Assembly (NCBI RefSeq): GCF_006345805.1
Contig: NC_043002.1
Span: 100,192,001-100,256,000, forward strand
Source of the DNA: Octopus sinensis
Lineage: Eukaryota
DNA: 64,000 nucleotides
Direction of reading: 5' to 3'
The position numbers were made by a program, and so were the translations under genes. Under the pieces are notes generated by a model. That model made no database searches. It was given only the letters and a program-made list of their open reading frames with translations, and had not been told where the DNA came from. Below are positions 26,761-40,554 of this stretch, in pieces (position 1 is the stretch's first letter; each line of letters starts with the position of its first letter).

Positions 26761-27134
26761 CCTATCTCTATCTATATCTGTCTGTCAGCAGAGTATAATA
26801 TCCTGAGAACCATGTGATAACTGAGGACCATCAAGACAGGGAGGTATGTGTAGATACCACCAGACAATATGATGTAGATCACCTCTGCTTTAACCATATA
26901 CCTGTAGAATGGAGCAAATTTAGACTAAAGGCTAACGGTTCATGATGCTGCCTTTATTTCTTGCCGTGCTGATACAACCGCATTTCCAAAATCCATGTCA
27001 GGAGGAACTCTCTGTGGAAACGAGTGTGACGTATCATCCCTGATACTTCCCACTAATAATTTCTCTCCCTTTCTCTCACCCACTGTCTCAATCTCTTTTT
27101 CATCTCTCTCTCTCTCTCTCTATCTCTATCTCTC

Positions 27135-27168
<34 letters not shown>

Positions 27169-27239
27169 ATTCCGTCTGTGTGTGCAACATCAGACGAGAG
27201 ATCAGAAATGTTCCTACACATCAGCTAGGGCTTCCATCA

Positions 27240-28119
27240 ACACTTCTTTCAAGGTTACATAGAAGCACTTCACACTCCTTGAAATCCAATTAGGGAAATT
27301 GTCATACAACTGTCTCTTATCCCCATGGTGAAATGGGAAGGGGCTCTATCCTGTTGGAACTACCCAGGAAAGCCTTTACATAACCTATGTATTTGGATCA
27401 ACTAGTCTCTCAATCTTACTAGTTATGTTACCATCAGAGAAAAACAGTTCCTACATATGAGATTTTCACTGTATTCACCCTAAACAGCTGCATTCCTTGC
27501 TGTTTTGAAGGATCCATCCAGTAAGGATTGTTTTCGGGAGCAGCGCCAAATTTTTTGTTGGTTAAACTTACCGTTCTCGTATAACAAACCTTTCTCGCTG
27601 TACAACACACAGTCTTCTGTGAAGCATTCCTTTACATCCAACCAAATTTAGGTCACGTCTCCAAACATGTCAGGTTTATCCTCTGTTAAGTTGCGCAAGA
27701 TCTAATCTTGTACAGACGAAATTTTCCTTTTTGTTTTAAGATCTGTCTGGTGGTTTTTCAGGGAATACTCAGTTCGCTGAAAGTTCTGCGAAGTGACATC
27801 TTGGGTCTATCATAAACTGTTATAGTGACGGCTTCATTGATTTCATGCGCTTCAGTTGATCGTTTGTTTCTTGGCTTATTTCTTTGAATTCCTTGACCAC
27901 CTTCCTCAGTGTCATAAGTAAAAGACAATTAGGGTTTCCTGGAATGTTGAGCATTGAAAGTAAATGTCATCCGTCGATTAAAACCGACTCTCACGACCAG
28001 TGAGTAGTACCAATTCCATTATTTTTTTCTTCTCAAGACAAATTCCAATTCACTCTGCGGAAGAAAAAAAAAGTATATTAGTGATATTTCCCATGTATAC
28101 TGGTTTTATGGACACCCTG
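27240..28119 (-). mobile_element. Degenerate Tc1/mariner-superfamily transposon (maT/rosa-like), one TIR visible
   Basis: Terminus TA|CAGGGTGTCCATAAAA (minus strand, 28121-28104). Minus-strand remnants include FQQDRAPSHF (27359 downward) followed by DNFPN-WI, resembling FQQDGAPxH...FPxRWIGR. Many stops. Confidence 0.65.
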
Positions 28120-28364
28120 TACGTAAGTATATAAAAATCAAATTAAGCGAGAAAAGAAAAATACAATAAGCTCCGAATTAACTCCAATATTTGTTACAGT
28201 AGCGACTAGTCTTGAGTTAGTTGAAAGATATTAAATTTCCTGTTTTGCTGTTAAGTTTTGCTATCATCACCAAGGCGATCACGTTAATATTATTTTCGTA
28301 TCTACCATTTGCGCTAACATCTTAATATGATACATACATACTTGTATGTATATATATATATATG

Positions 28365-28424
<60 letters not shown>

Positions 28425-28466
28425 ATATATAGATAGATAGATAGATAGATAGATAGAAAAGAAAAT

Positions 28467-28848
28467 AAGTATATCGCATGAACAGGATAAACTATACGTA
28501 TTTTGCAGAAAAAATATGTCGGCGACCAGCCATGTGACAGGAGCTCACTCACATTCCTGTGAATACGCGTCAAGTGCTTGGTCCTTAAGCTAAACTGCCC
28601 GGCGACAAATTCTTCTGCAATTTTAGAATATATAAATCTAGCTTTATAAGAAGCTATCGGAAAGTTTGCTTTAGAAGCGTTGAGATGTATTGAAAGATAC
28701 AGACAAGGAAATAAGTTTATTCTAAAATGCAGGTTATTGCTAATAATATAGCATGAACAGGATAAACCATCCATATTTTGCAGAAAAATCTGTTGGCGGC
28801 AAGATTATTTCCTTATCTATATCTTTTAATACATCTCAACGTTTCTAA
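28467..28848. repeat. Composite direct/inverted repeat element
   Basis: 44-bp inverted repeat 28671-28714 / 28805-28848 with 4 mismatches. Direct repeat gcatgaacaggataaac...tattttgcagaaaaa at about 28473 and 28751. An inverted copy of that motif lies at about 28598-28625. Confidence 0.7.
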
Positions 28849-28988
28849 GACAGACTTTGTTGACTTTCAACGTAAGTTGATTTTATTGCATATGTGTGTT
28901 GTTGTTTTTCTTGTTTTTGCTGTTTATGCACGTTGCGGTCCGTGTGGTAGGGGACTGAGCAGCCATTTGATGAACCGTGCTCAATATA

Positions 28989-29360
28989 TCGTGGCACTCC
29001 GCCGGTTTACGACGATGAGGGTTGCAGTTGATCCGATCAAAGGAGCAGCCTGTTCGTGAAATTAACGTTGATTGGCTGACCACTCCACAAACACGTGTAC
29101 CCTTACCGTAGTTCTCGGGGAGATACAGCATAACACTGAGTGTGACAAGGCTGGCCCTTTGAAATACAGGTACAACAGAAACTGGAAGACTGAGAGAAAT
29201 TTGTGGAGAAAGAATACCGCAGGATTCACCTCCATCCCCCAGCCGTGGAGTTTTAGGTGTTTTCGCTCAATAACACTCACAACACCCGGTCTGGAAATCG
29301 AAACCGCGATCCTACGACCGCGAGTCCGCTGCCCTACACACTGGGCCGTTGCGTCTTCAC
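28989..29360 (-). mobile_element. SINE family A, older diverged copy
   Basis: Colinear with 12085-12472. Imperfect TSD gctcaatata (28979-88) / gctcaacata (29361-70). Confidence 0.88.
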
Positions 29361-30335
29361 GCTCAACATATAACTTAACTTGAAGACATATATTTCTTTC
29401 TCTTTCTAATACAGTTAGTGACACGAAGGACGGTCGTATCGGCCGATAGCAGATAGTTTCAACGCCCCTCATCCTGGGAGAATTGAATTTGTCTTTACCA
29501 TCGGAGGGAAAATGGTTAAGAAATTCAAAGAAACGGGCAGTTTCTTGAACAAACATAGATATGGTCTAACAGCTGTAACGGATGAAAGCTCTCATGGCTA
29601 ATGCTTATGCTAGACCAAATTTCACTTTGCAGGAGATCCAAGGAGCCGGATGGAACCTTAGAAACCATCAGACAAATCTATAAAAACAAGGGAGAATTAT
29701 GTTGCTTCTTCTAACATACATTTAAACCACTCCTGTACATGCTTCCATGTTTATTCGAACTGCATGTTTAAAATGTTACTTTAGACGAGAAAACAATTTT
29801 TCTTTTATTTTATTAGCTTGACAGGTGAGATATATAAATGCCAAATTGAAATACGGGTACATATTCCATAATTTGAATAACAAGAAAAAAATGAGCAAAT
29901 AAGTATAGCCCGATATGTCCTCTTCTCACCTAATACTTAATCAGAAACATATTTGCCCAAATATCGATTTGTAACATCACTAATATCAATATTGATGCAT
30001 AGTATTATTTCACCTAACATAAAAAAATGCAAACAAGGGACATTTTCTCGACTGACGTGGTCAGTATTCTAATATATTCTTGCATACTAGCTATTACGCC
30101 TGCGTATATATGAATGGAAATGTATCTGTATGTATATGCATTTGTGTATGATAGTGTGTGTCTGTGATGAACATTTTTTCTATAGCGTTTATATCTCTTC
30201 AAGTTGACATTTAAAAAAAAATTATCTTATTAGCAAGCTCAGCATTTTAACACATCGTTTTGATTCGAGTTGAATGTGCTATAGCCAAGTAACGTGTCGG
30301 AGAAGAAAAGGCCTTAAGAATTTTGCTACTATAAC

Positions 30336-30767
30336 TTACTCTCTCTCTTTACTCTTTTACTTGTTTCAGTCATTTGGCTGTGGCCATGCTGGAGTATCGC
30401 CTTTTAGTCGAGCAAATCGACCCCAGGACTTATTTTTTTGTAAGCCTAGTACTTATTCTATCGGCCTCTTTTGCCGAATCGCTAAGTTACGGGGACGTAA
30501 TCAATCCAGCATCTGTTGTCTAGTGATGTTGGGGGGACAATCACAGACACACAAATATATACACACACGCAAACACACACAAACATATATATATATATAC
30601 ACATATATACGACGAGCTTCATTCAGTTTCCGTCTACCAAATCCACTCAGAAGGCTTTGGTCAGCCCGAGGCTATAGTAGAAGACACTTGCCCAAGGTAC
30701 CACGCAGTGGGACTGAACCCAGAACCACATGGTTCGTAAGCAAGCTACTTACCACACAGCCACTCCT
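30336..30767 (-). mobile_element. SINE family H (tRNA head, CORE-like segment, internal CA/TA microsatellite, CR1-like tail)
   Basis: Minus-strand head aggagtggctgtgtggtaagtagc...gggttcagtccc then accttgggcaagtgtctt. Colinear with the 34852 and 54520 copies. Confidence 0.88.
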
Positions 30768-33700
30768 ACACCTAAAGCTGTTTAAAATTGATAGATAATA
30801 CTGTGAGATTACGTTTATGTCAGTAGGTTTTCATATACCAGAGCGAATGATCAAACAAGCAATACAAAAATAAAAATAAATAACGAGATCTAACGGAAAA
30901 GATTAATTGTTGTTTTTTCTTCTACTTTTACCTTTTTAGTATGTTGAGAGAAGGTTGCTAATAACCCTTTACAAGAACTCCAGACTGGTGGAAGGGAAGA
31001 AGAAATAGAAATAGATCAACAAACAGGAGACCTGGCCCAAATGCTTGCAAAGCATAGACTCCTCTCACCTAAGATATTAGGTGGCGCAGTTAAACCAGAG
31101 ATTACTTCATCTGCCACATAAAAGAGGCAGACTTATATATGTCACATGAGGGTATGGCAATTGTAGTACATAACGTATAAAAGCATATATTTAAGCCGAA
31201 GATTCAACATTCGTAAAATAGGTGACTCAAATAAGAAATTAGGCATTAAATACGATGGATGTTAGCAATATCATGCGAAAGAGTTTTTTCCTAATAAGGG
31301 TTGTGAGCAGGTTACCACGGTTTATTATAAGACACATAACTGAAGATCTAAGTACTGTATAACATCCTATGGAATTTCTTTAATATGTTTGATTTGGATA
31401 TAAATAGGTAACAGCAACAACATTCACGTTGTGGATATTTTGGAGAAATGTTTGAAATATTCTATGGAGAGAGATATAACTGAATCTCCTTACCTCCGAA
31501 TGTTTTAAGATACGTCCTGATAATTAATGCCAATTTTACACACACGATAATCCAGATTACTCTAGAAACAGAGAGGATAATTGGCTGCAAGGATTTGACA
31601 GAATTAACGGCCACGACCACGACCACGGTTAATATACATTAAGTATTAACTGTTTAGCAAGGTATCACTTCTTGCGAATTCTAACGTTAACGCACCTTGA
31701 TAGATCTTGAAGACGTAAATAAATATATGAAGCTGCATCCATCATATAAACCATTGAAACTTTTAAAGTAAGAGAAGTAAGCAACACAAGTAACACAAGG
31801 CACTTCGAGGGATCTGTTACTGAAATTGTATTGATGCAGATATAATAAAGATCTTTCACAAATATTTTTAACTAAGAACAAGAACACAAATTTGTACATG
31901 ACATGCCCCCCCCCCTTAGTACTCATTTTTACGAACATAGAGTGAGAATTCTAAATTCAGTCTAGAAGGTATTTGAATCCAGAATACAAAAGTAAGTTAC
32001 ATATATTATACACCAGAACCCGAGCGCTTTTGCATCTTCACTTTCAATATCATTTTTAATTTTTATTTCTTGCAATTGGAGTTAGTCGTAAATTAGACTG
32101 ACTTCAACTCAATGACATATGACTGGAATTAAAGTTAAGTATGGCCTTTTTAGTGATAAAAACAGGTTTTGCAAGATTTAAATTTAAAAGAGATATAATT
32201 GTATAGGTTAGTAAATGAAAGTATTTCCATCTGCCACCGAACACGTCTTAATATCCGTTCCTAGTTCGGATTTCTTCAAGCCTTGCACAAGACTAACGTG
32301 AGTGTCAGCGAAGGAGCAATGGACAAGGGAGTTAACTCCGACAGTAAATCGATTGTTAAGTGAACTCGAAGATTACAGCTATAATTTCACAAAAGCAAGG
32401 AATATATATGGTAGCTGTTACTGAGATTCCCTTAATTTACAAAAAGAATGAAAATATCCATTCATTCATTCATTCAACCATTATCTATCGACACTGCGAT
32501 ATAATGTGTATCATTGTGTCTAAGTAAGAAATTAGTCTACGAATACCTTCTAATGATTAAAACCTAAACAAACTGCAACGGTCTCAACTCACGAGAAAAG
32601 AGATCAAATCTGACGTATAAATGCTCTGTATTGTATTCGTACGGGCACATAAAAAACGTAATTTATGTGATAACAAATGTCATTTTTATGATCATTCTCT
32701 GACATACAGAGCACTTGAACGCATCCCACCCAAAACCAAATCATCTTCCTGCATTACTTACCTCGAAATACATTATCTAATATGTCCTTTCGTTTTTAGG
32801 ATGTTAGGGTGTAATTTATAGCAAAGTTGCTTATCAGTTGAGCAACTGGGAAGCAAAACTCTCATTGCCTCATGATAATACTGATTTACCGATTTGATTC
32901 GGCAACCGAGATTTCTGATCACTATAGTCGCTTTTGTAGATTGCTATGTGAATCCTATGGAACATTTTTTCTGGATTATGTCTAAGATAATATCGGTAAT
33001 TCAATATTATCAAACGATAATTTGAGGACTTTAAGATGCGCGGGTACAATTGTAGTGAGATTTGACTGTTACTTTTAGCAAAGCAAACGAAGACTTAAGA
33101 TGCTCGCTTCATGGTTCAGTATCACATTGTTGTTGTTGGCGTTGATTTTACTGTTTTAACAGAGCAAACTCATAATCAAATCCTTCCTATAAGACAATAG
33201 GGAAGGATATAGGGCGAGATAAAATGATTTTACTATTATGACTCGCAATACGAGCAATCACAGAGAGGGTCACTTGTTTGCAATCATTGAATGTCCTTAA
33301 CGAAAACATCGCTTCTTTTTTTCTTGTTAGCAGCTGTACTTTGTAAAAGAAACCTAGTTAGCACTGCTTTTAACATACATACAAATCTATATTTACAATA
33401 TCTTCATAGATTACATCTTGAAACACATATCATTAAACCCTCTGGCGAAATATATTGAAGTTGAAAATAAACAGTAGGCTCTTCTTGTTCAGGTGAACTA
33501 TATAATAAAGATGATGGACTGAATTAAAAGATGCAGATGTAAATGTTGCCTGTAAAGAGGAAAGAAAGGCTCTTTTTTTATATAGAAAGGAAAACACCTA
33601 CCGTGAATATTCTTAAAAGGGAAGCACTCTTCGATTACATATGCCATATGTTTATGTCCAAAAATGTATATATATTTATGTATGAACATACACACACACA

Positions 33701-34851
33701 CACACACATATACATACATACATATATATATATATATCTTTTTGTGAGTATGTGTGAGTTAACGCGTATATTAATATATATTTCCGTAAGTAGTTGTATG
33801 TGCATATATAAATACAGACGCAGATACAAACATCAAATTATACGTATGCATCTATATGTATATCTATCTATCTATCTATCTATATACACACACATGTAGA
33901 GATGGAGAGTATATAAAGATGAATATGAGTGTGAGTAGGAGCATACACATAAGCACATGCATAAATATATATATATATATATAATATATATATATATAAT
34001 CTGATAATTCACATGTATTGTTTATATCAGCAAATATAAGGAAAAGTTACATCTTAGATTTTAATTTTATGTGAAATACCGGACTTCGAAACTGAATATA
34101 AGAAGCACGCAAATCCATTGCAACGATAGCTGCTGAATAACTTTTCATTACCGCCTACACAGGTACGCATTTACGTAGGTGTATAGAAACGACAATGTAG
34201 AAGAGTGAGGAACAGATTGACGTCAGGTGTCCATATTACTCTGGTAACAAAATCAACAATTACTAGTATATTTAGATCGTTACGTTAGTGAAGGTTATTG
34301 TATAAAAGTGTCGTTTCACAAAAGAAACATGCGAAATGAATAGGCACTTTACATTATGCAGTCTTTAGAATAAACTTAATAGGTTGATTAAGAAATATTT
34401 ATGCTTAATATAGCTATGGACACACGTGTGTCCATCCTTGAATGAATAACTAGTTAATGGGAAAATAGATGTATGTGTGTATATTGTATATGTGTCCACG
34501 GACATACAGGACCATTTGTGTGTGTGTGTGTGTGTGTTTAAATAAGTAGAAACTATGATTACATATATATTTATGCAAGGTATGCAAGTTGATAAACGGA
34601 ATATGCACACTTAACACCAATATTTCTATTTACATTTTGGTCATCTTGTCAGACATCCAGGCATATTTATCAATGATGCGCTCATATATGTTGCCAAATA
34701 CGTTGTTTAATAACCACCTGACTGTCTGCTAAGAAGATTGAAGGAATCGATTAACGTTTGGATACATTGTATATTTTTTTCACACAATTTCTATATAGCT
34801 GTGTCACGAGATCTAGAATACTGTATTTACACAGTAATCGTTTGTATATAT

Positions 34852-35205
34852 ACTCTCTTTACGCTTTACTCTTTTACTTGTTTCAGTCATTTGACTGTGG
34901 CCATGCTGGGGCACCGTCTTTAGTCAAGCAAATCAATCCCAGGACTTATTCTTTGTAAGCCTAGTACTTATTCTATCGGTCTCTCCTTCCGAACCGCTAA
35001 GTTACGGCGATATAAACACACCAGCATCAGTTGTCAAGCGATGTTGGGGGGACAAACACACACACATACATATGTATGACGGACTTCTTTCAGCTTCTTC
35101 CACTCGCAAGTACAGTACAAGACACTTGCCAAAGGTGTCACGCAGTGGGACTGAACCCGGAACCATGTGGTTGGTAAGCAAACTATTTACCACACACCCA
35201 CTCCT
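34852..35205 (-). mobile_element. SINE family H copy with internal deletion
   Basis: Same head and tail as the 30336 copy; shortened between ttcagc and aagacacttgcc. Confidence 0.87.
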
Positions 35206-35218
35206 ACACCAACAATGT

Positions 35219-35261
<43 letters not shown>

Positions 35262-35991
35262 AACATTGTTGCTATTATGCAAAAGTGTCGTAAGTCCAAA
35301 ACATTGGTTTTGCAGAAAACGAAAAGATAGTTACACCATTCCATAGCAAAACCGTTGTATTGCACTTTGACAATTTTTCATATGTTGGCATCTGAAGCAA
35401 AAATAGATATTGAAAAAAATGCCTTTGGCCAAATTTGGACATATGTATGTGCATATACACTCAGGACAGTCAAGCTTGTCGACAAATACCAACACACGTT
35501 TGAATTACATTTATTTCTCTGTTAAAATGTATTGCATATATATATATAATGTTTTAGGTTGTAGCTCAAATACATACAAAAATACACACGTATATATACA
35601 TAACCGCATGCCTGCACACACGGACAGTATAACTAGATACTTAATCACAGCTTGTGAATAACCACGTGGACAACACTAGAAAGGACAAGGGGTGTTCGTA
35701 GAGATATCGCAAACATTTCCGTTTGAAAATGTCAACATTTGGATGTTTTCTCACCGATGTTGACGCTATTTCCTTTGCTTTTCTTCTATGATACTATATC
35801 TCCTACAAGGAATTAAATATTTTACGAAAGGTGCAAGCGTGGCCGTGTCATTATAAGTTTGTTTCTAACCACGTAGTCCCGGGTTCATTCCCAGTGCGTG
35901 ACACTTTCAACAAATCTCTTCTACTACAAATTCGAGTCGACCAAAGCGGCGTGAGTGGATTTGCTAGGCAGGAAATGAAAGAAGCCCGTCG

Positions 35992-35993
35992 TA

Positions 35994-36084
<91 letters not shown>

Positions 36085-36208
36085 ATATATATACATATAT
36101 AATATATATACATATATATATATATATACATATATATACATATATATATATAATACATATATATATATACATATATATAATATATACATATATATATATA
36201 TATACATA

Positions 36209-36282
<74 letters not shown>

Positions 36283-36305
36283 ATATATATATATATATAT
36301 AATAC

Positions 36306-36338
<33 letters not shown>

Positions 36339-36399
36339 CATATATTATATATATATATATTATATATACATATATATATTATATATATATATAATATAC

Positions 36400-36433
<34 letters not shown>

Positions 36434-36468
36434 ACATATATATATATTATATATATATATATATATAT

Positions 36469-36548
<80 letters not shown>

Positions 36549-36588
36549 TACATATATATATATACATTATATATATATACATATATAC

Positions 36589-36625
<37 letters not shown>

Positions 36626-36627
36626 AC

Positions 36628-36674
<47 letters not shown>

Positions 36675-36683
36675 ATATATATA

Positions 36684-36724
<41 letters not shown>

Positions 36725-36820
36725 GAGATAAAACCACTATTAGGCAAATCAAACAGTGAAAATCATAAACAATACATAGAATACATTTTTCTCTAATTTA
36801 ATATATCTATATCTATATCT

Positions 36821-36870
<50 letters not shown>
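35992..36870. repeat. Compound (TATC)n/(TA)n/(TATAC)-type microsatellite array
   Basis: Directly visible; contains a family G fragment at 36718-36799. Confidence 0.95.
36718..36799. repeat. Family G foldback repeat, internally deleted copy
   Basis: Starts aaattagagataaaaccactattaggcaaatcaaac, identical to 43415, and ends ttttctctaattt, the inverted terminus. Confidence 0.7.
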
Positions 36871-36873
<3 letters not shown>

Positions 36874-37489
36874 TTTATGTATGTTTGTTTGTTTGTCTGT
36901 ATGTGTGTGTGTCTTTGTATCTGTGTTTGTCTCTCAATACCACTTGACAACCGGTGTTGCTTTGTTTAAGTTCTCGTAAATTAGCGGTTCGGCAAAAGGA
37001 ATACCTAGAATGAATAAATACCAGGCTTTGTTTTAGAGAATGTATTATAAAAAGGTACTGGTGTCGATTTGTTCTTCGCAGATTTCAAACTAATATTCGT
37101 TTAACCCTGACTCGAATTAAATAATCGTTAGGTTTAATGTGTTTCGCTCTTAGATATTTTTTCACACTTTGTAGTTGCTAGGCTGCTTCTTCAAAAGTTG
37201 GCAAGAATTATATTAGATGCCTCCATCTGACCTGGAGAGAGAAAAATGATACTTATGGGCAATTGTTAGTCTTTATCAAAATGTCTTGCACAAACCTTTA
37301 CAGGCTTGCCCATACGTGCAAGTTTTGTCTCCCGAGGCCACGGACGTTTATCTAAGGAAAAGTCCTCTAGATTTGGCTGATAATGCTTGCTCAATTGTCA
37401 TCGCAGACGTTGAGGACAGAACTCAAATAGTTGAAACACATATCATACGCCATCTTGTATGTCCACTTAACAGTTTTTACAATTTGAAA

Positions 37490-37870
37490 TAAACCCTGCT
37501 TTAGTATATTTTTGCCCTTTTCCAAATGATGAATGCCAAAGTCGACCTCGCCTGGATTTTAACTCGGAGCATACAACGCTGGAAGATTATTGTTAAGCAT
37601 TTTGACCTGTATGCTGACAATTCTAATGCAACACATTACCACCTTAGAAATCTGTAATATTAGTTCCAGATGTTGCCTTCGGAATTCTTAAGTGTTGTAG
37701 CTTTGTTGATTACCTCGACTCCAGTACTCAACTGCTTCTTTATTCTATGTATCCCAAAAGGATGAAGACCCAAATTCACCTCGGTGCTACTTCAAATCGT
37801 GACGCAAAAAGAAAAAAAAAACAGAAAGAAAGATGCTAAGCATTTTGTCCGATATGCTAAAGCACAAGTG
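37490..37870 (-). mobile_element. Two degenerate SINE family B fragments
   Basis: gatgaatgccaaagtcgacctcg and ccaaaaggatgaagacccaaattcacctcgg...ctaagcattttgtccg are reverse complements of the family B core. Confidence 0.6.
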
Positions 37871-38244
37871 GTCAGAACAAAAATATCTCGCGGCGTTTTA
37901 TCCATCACTCTAGAGACTCTGGTAGTTTACCGCTTTCTATAATAGCACATGGTTATACGTGAAAGCGTATATTGATCAAGTACATTAAAATAGCTAATTC
38001 CCAAGATAACATTAAGCAGCACAATTTAGCAAAACTGGAAATACTTTATTTAAGTATCTCTGTGACGGTTCGTAAAACGGAATCAACCAACTGACTCAGA
38101 ATGATTAGAGATAGATATTCCCCAGCGTTTGGTTGAAGACCTTAACGTAAATGGCATATACACGATGCCTTCTAGCTCATAACTTCTAAAATAAAGCACC
38201 CACATATATTAATGTTATCATTTTATTAAAGCATTTTTTGGCAG

Positions 38245-38319
<75 letters not shown>

Positions 38320-38340
38320 TGTGTGTGTGTGTGTGTGTGT

Positions 38341-38480
38341 AGTGAGAATTTACAAAGGAAGACGACGACGAGTGTGTAAGCAACAAACAGATATATTAGT
38401 TTAACGCTGGGGGAGTGAGAAAGTCTTTTACGTTTCGAGCCTACGCTCTTCGACAGAAAGGAACACTGAAATAAACGGGG
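38341..38480 (-). mobile_element. Short microsatellite-flanked element (family F) carrying a hammerhead-like motif
   Basis: Lies between (GT)n and (TA)n. Shares attagt...cgct...aagtcttt.acgtttcgagcctacgctcttc.acagaaag with 63238-63447. Confidence 0.65.
38425..38460 (-). ncRNA. Minimal type-I hammerhead-ribozyme-like motif with variant core
   Basis: Minus strand: CUUU-CUGUCGA-A-GAGC(GUAG)GCUC-GAAAC-GUA^-AAAG. Stem I 4 bp, stem II 4 bp, palindromic ACGU stem III. Core position 6 is U instead of A. Confidence 0.55.
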
Positions 38481-38481
38481 A

Positions 38482-38512
<31 letters not shown>

Positions 38513-38539
38513 GTATATATGTATATGTATATATAATAC

Positions 38540-38928
38540 ACGTGGAGGCGCAATGGCCCAGTGGTTAGGGCAGCGGACTCGCGGTCATAGGATCGCGGTT
38601 TCGATTCCCAGACCGGGCGTTGTGAGTGTTTATTGAGCGAAGACACCTAAAGCTCCACGAGACTCCGGCAGGGGATGGTGGTGATCCCTGCTGTACTCTT
38701 TCACCACAACTTTCTCTCACTCTTACTTCCTGTTTCTGTATTACCTGTATTTCAAAGGGCCGGCCTTGTCACTCTCTGTGTCACGCTGAATATCCCCGAG
38801 AACTACGTTAAGGGTACACGTGTCTGTGAAGTGCTCAGCCACTTACACGCTAATTTCACGAGCAGGCCGTTCCGTTGATTCGGATCAACCGGAACCCTCG
38901 TCGTCGTAACCGACGGAGTGCTTCTATA
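38540..38928 (+). mobile_element. SINE family A, full length
   Basis: A- and B-boxes in the head. 12-bp TSD tatatataatac at 38528-39 and 38929-40. Confidence 0.92.
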
Positions 38929-39336
38929 TATATATAATACGTGTGTGTGAGTGTATGTATCGGTGTGGGATGATTAAAATGTAGGGTGTTGATAGAAAAC
39001 ATATTGCTCTCTATTACATTTTAGTGACTTCGATTTACGCTTGATCAGCTTTACTTTTCAAGCATCTCTGGCAACTCCAAAAGTATGTTGCAAATAATTG
39101 AGATCGATATAATCGACTGAAATTTTCAAAGTGACCCTTCAGTACAGCCACAGACTTTCTAATTGAAATATCATTGAAGTACTAAAATAATTAAAAGCCT
39201 TTTGCCAGTTCCAGACACCCTCAGCAATAAATTTAACTTGACATTACTTATGTAAGAAATTGATACAGTTTCTAGTTATGAAATAGTTAATGTGTACGTA
39301 TTTTCAAATACAATTTACACTGGTATAGGTAACATA

Positions 39337-39645
39337 GTGGAGGTGCAATGGCCCAGTGGTTAGGGCAGCGGACACGCGGTCGGAGGATCGTGGTTTCGAT
39401 TCCCAGACCGGGCAACGTGTGTGTTTATTGAGCGAAAACACCTAAGGCTCCACGAGGCTCCGGCAGGAGGTGGTGGCGAACCCTGTTGTACTCTTTCGCC
39501 CCAACTTTCTCTCACACTTTCTTCCTGTTCCATAAGTAACGCTGCGATGGACTGGCGCCCCGTCCAGCTGGGGGGAACACATACGCCACAGAAACCGGGA
39601 AACCGAGCCCATGAGCCTGGCTAGGCTTGAAAAGGACGCATGAAA
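39337..39645 (+). mobile_element. SINE with family A 5' part and a different 3' part (A')
   Basis: Matches family A from gtggaggtgcaatgg to cttcctgtt (39529), then switches to gctgcgatggactggcgccccgtccag (V-SINE-domain-like) ...gaaaccggg...aaaaggacgcat. Confidence 0.8.
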
Positions 39646-40554
39646 TGAAAAAAAAATCGGCGACATATAGCGAACACGGAAACTTCTGATCTAATTCTCG
39701 AAATTAGGACAAATTTTGACATTTTTGTTCAACACGCAATGAATGTAAAAGATGCATGCTCCAAGATGTGCAATCACACACACAACCACGTATTTGAGAC
39801 ACAAAAATTTTCACTGACGGGTTAAGCCTTCGCATCCTAACCTCAATTTATTCAGTTATATGAAAAGTTTAGTTACCTCCACGAAATATTACCCAAAAAA
39901 TATATTTCGCGAAAAACATACGTTGAGTGAACATTTCATATGCATGAATGAAAATCACGTTTTCAAGCTAGCTTTGTACATGAAATTTAGAAAGACTTAT
40001 ATCCATAACTTTAATGACAGGCCTCGAGTATTTCAGATTTTCTAATTTAAGCAACATTGCTGTGCTTGATATAAATGTTTAAATATCAAGGAACATCTAA
40101 ACTGTTCCCTGAATAAAGTATTAGAGTTAATTTCGTTAAACTGCGAATATTTACAAAAAAAGCCTTGATCCCATATTCTAAATTTTGAAGTCATAGATGC
40201 ACGATAGCATTTTTATATACATTTTCCAACTAGCATAGATTATAGCTTACTTCAATGTAGCCAGTTCAATGTACCTAACGCGCAGAGAATGTAATTTAGG
40301 ATCCCTAAAACCATTTACAAAGTCCCACAGGAACTTAGCACAGCAGCTACAGGAAAGAAATACTTGGAATATTCTAGAACGTATCGAAAAAATAGCGCAA
40401 GTGTATCAAAATTTGATTGTTTATGGTCCCTAACAACGTTATTATCATTACTTTTCGCATGAAAATTTTCATATCTCCCCCTGTACTTTAGAAAAGTATT
40501 TCCTTTTCAAATCTGAAAGTTTTAAAATTTTCCTTTCTTTCTAATCTCTTTCAG

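Larger units (their letters stand above)
35836..37075 (+). mobile_element. SINE family H, diverged copy split by an expanded internal microsatellite of about 0.9 kb
   Basis: 5' half gggttcattccc...gtgagtggatttg...gaaagaagcccgtcgtat (35838-35995). 3' half tgtgtttgtctc...cttgacaaccggtgttg...ttagcggttcggcaaaag (36920-37000). Confidence 0.8.

Noticed and set aside
30910-31120. Strong polypyrimidine acceptor followed by a ~57-codon open stretch
   Set aside because: In the required phase 1 it reads GTA TGT TGA (immediate stop). The peptide is unrecognised, there is no clear donor, and nearby sequence looks like a decayed LINE 3' end.
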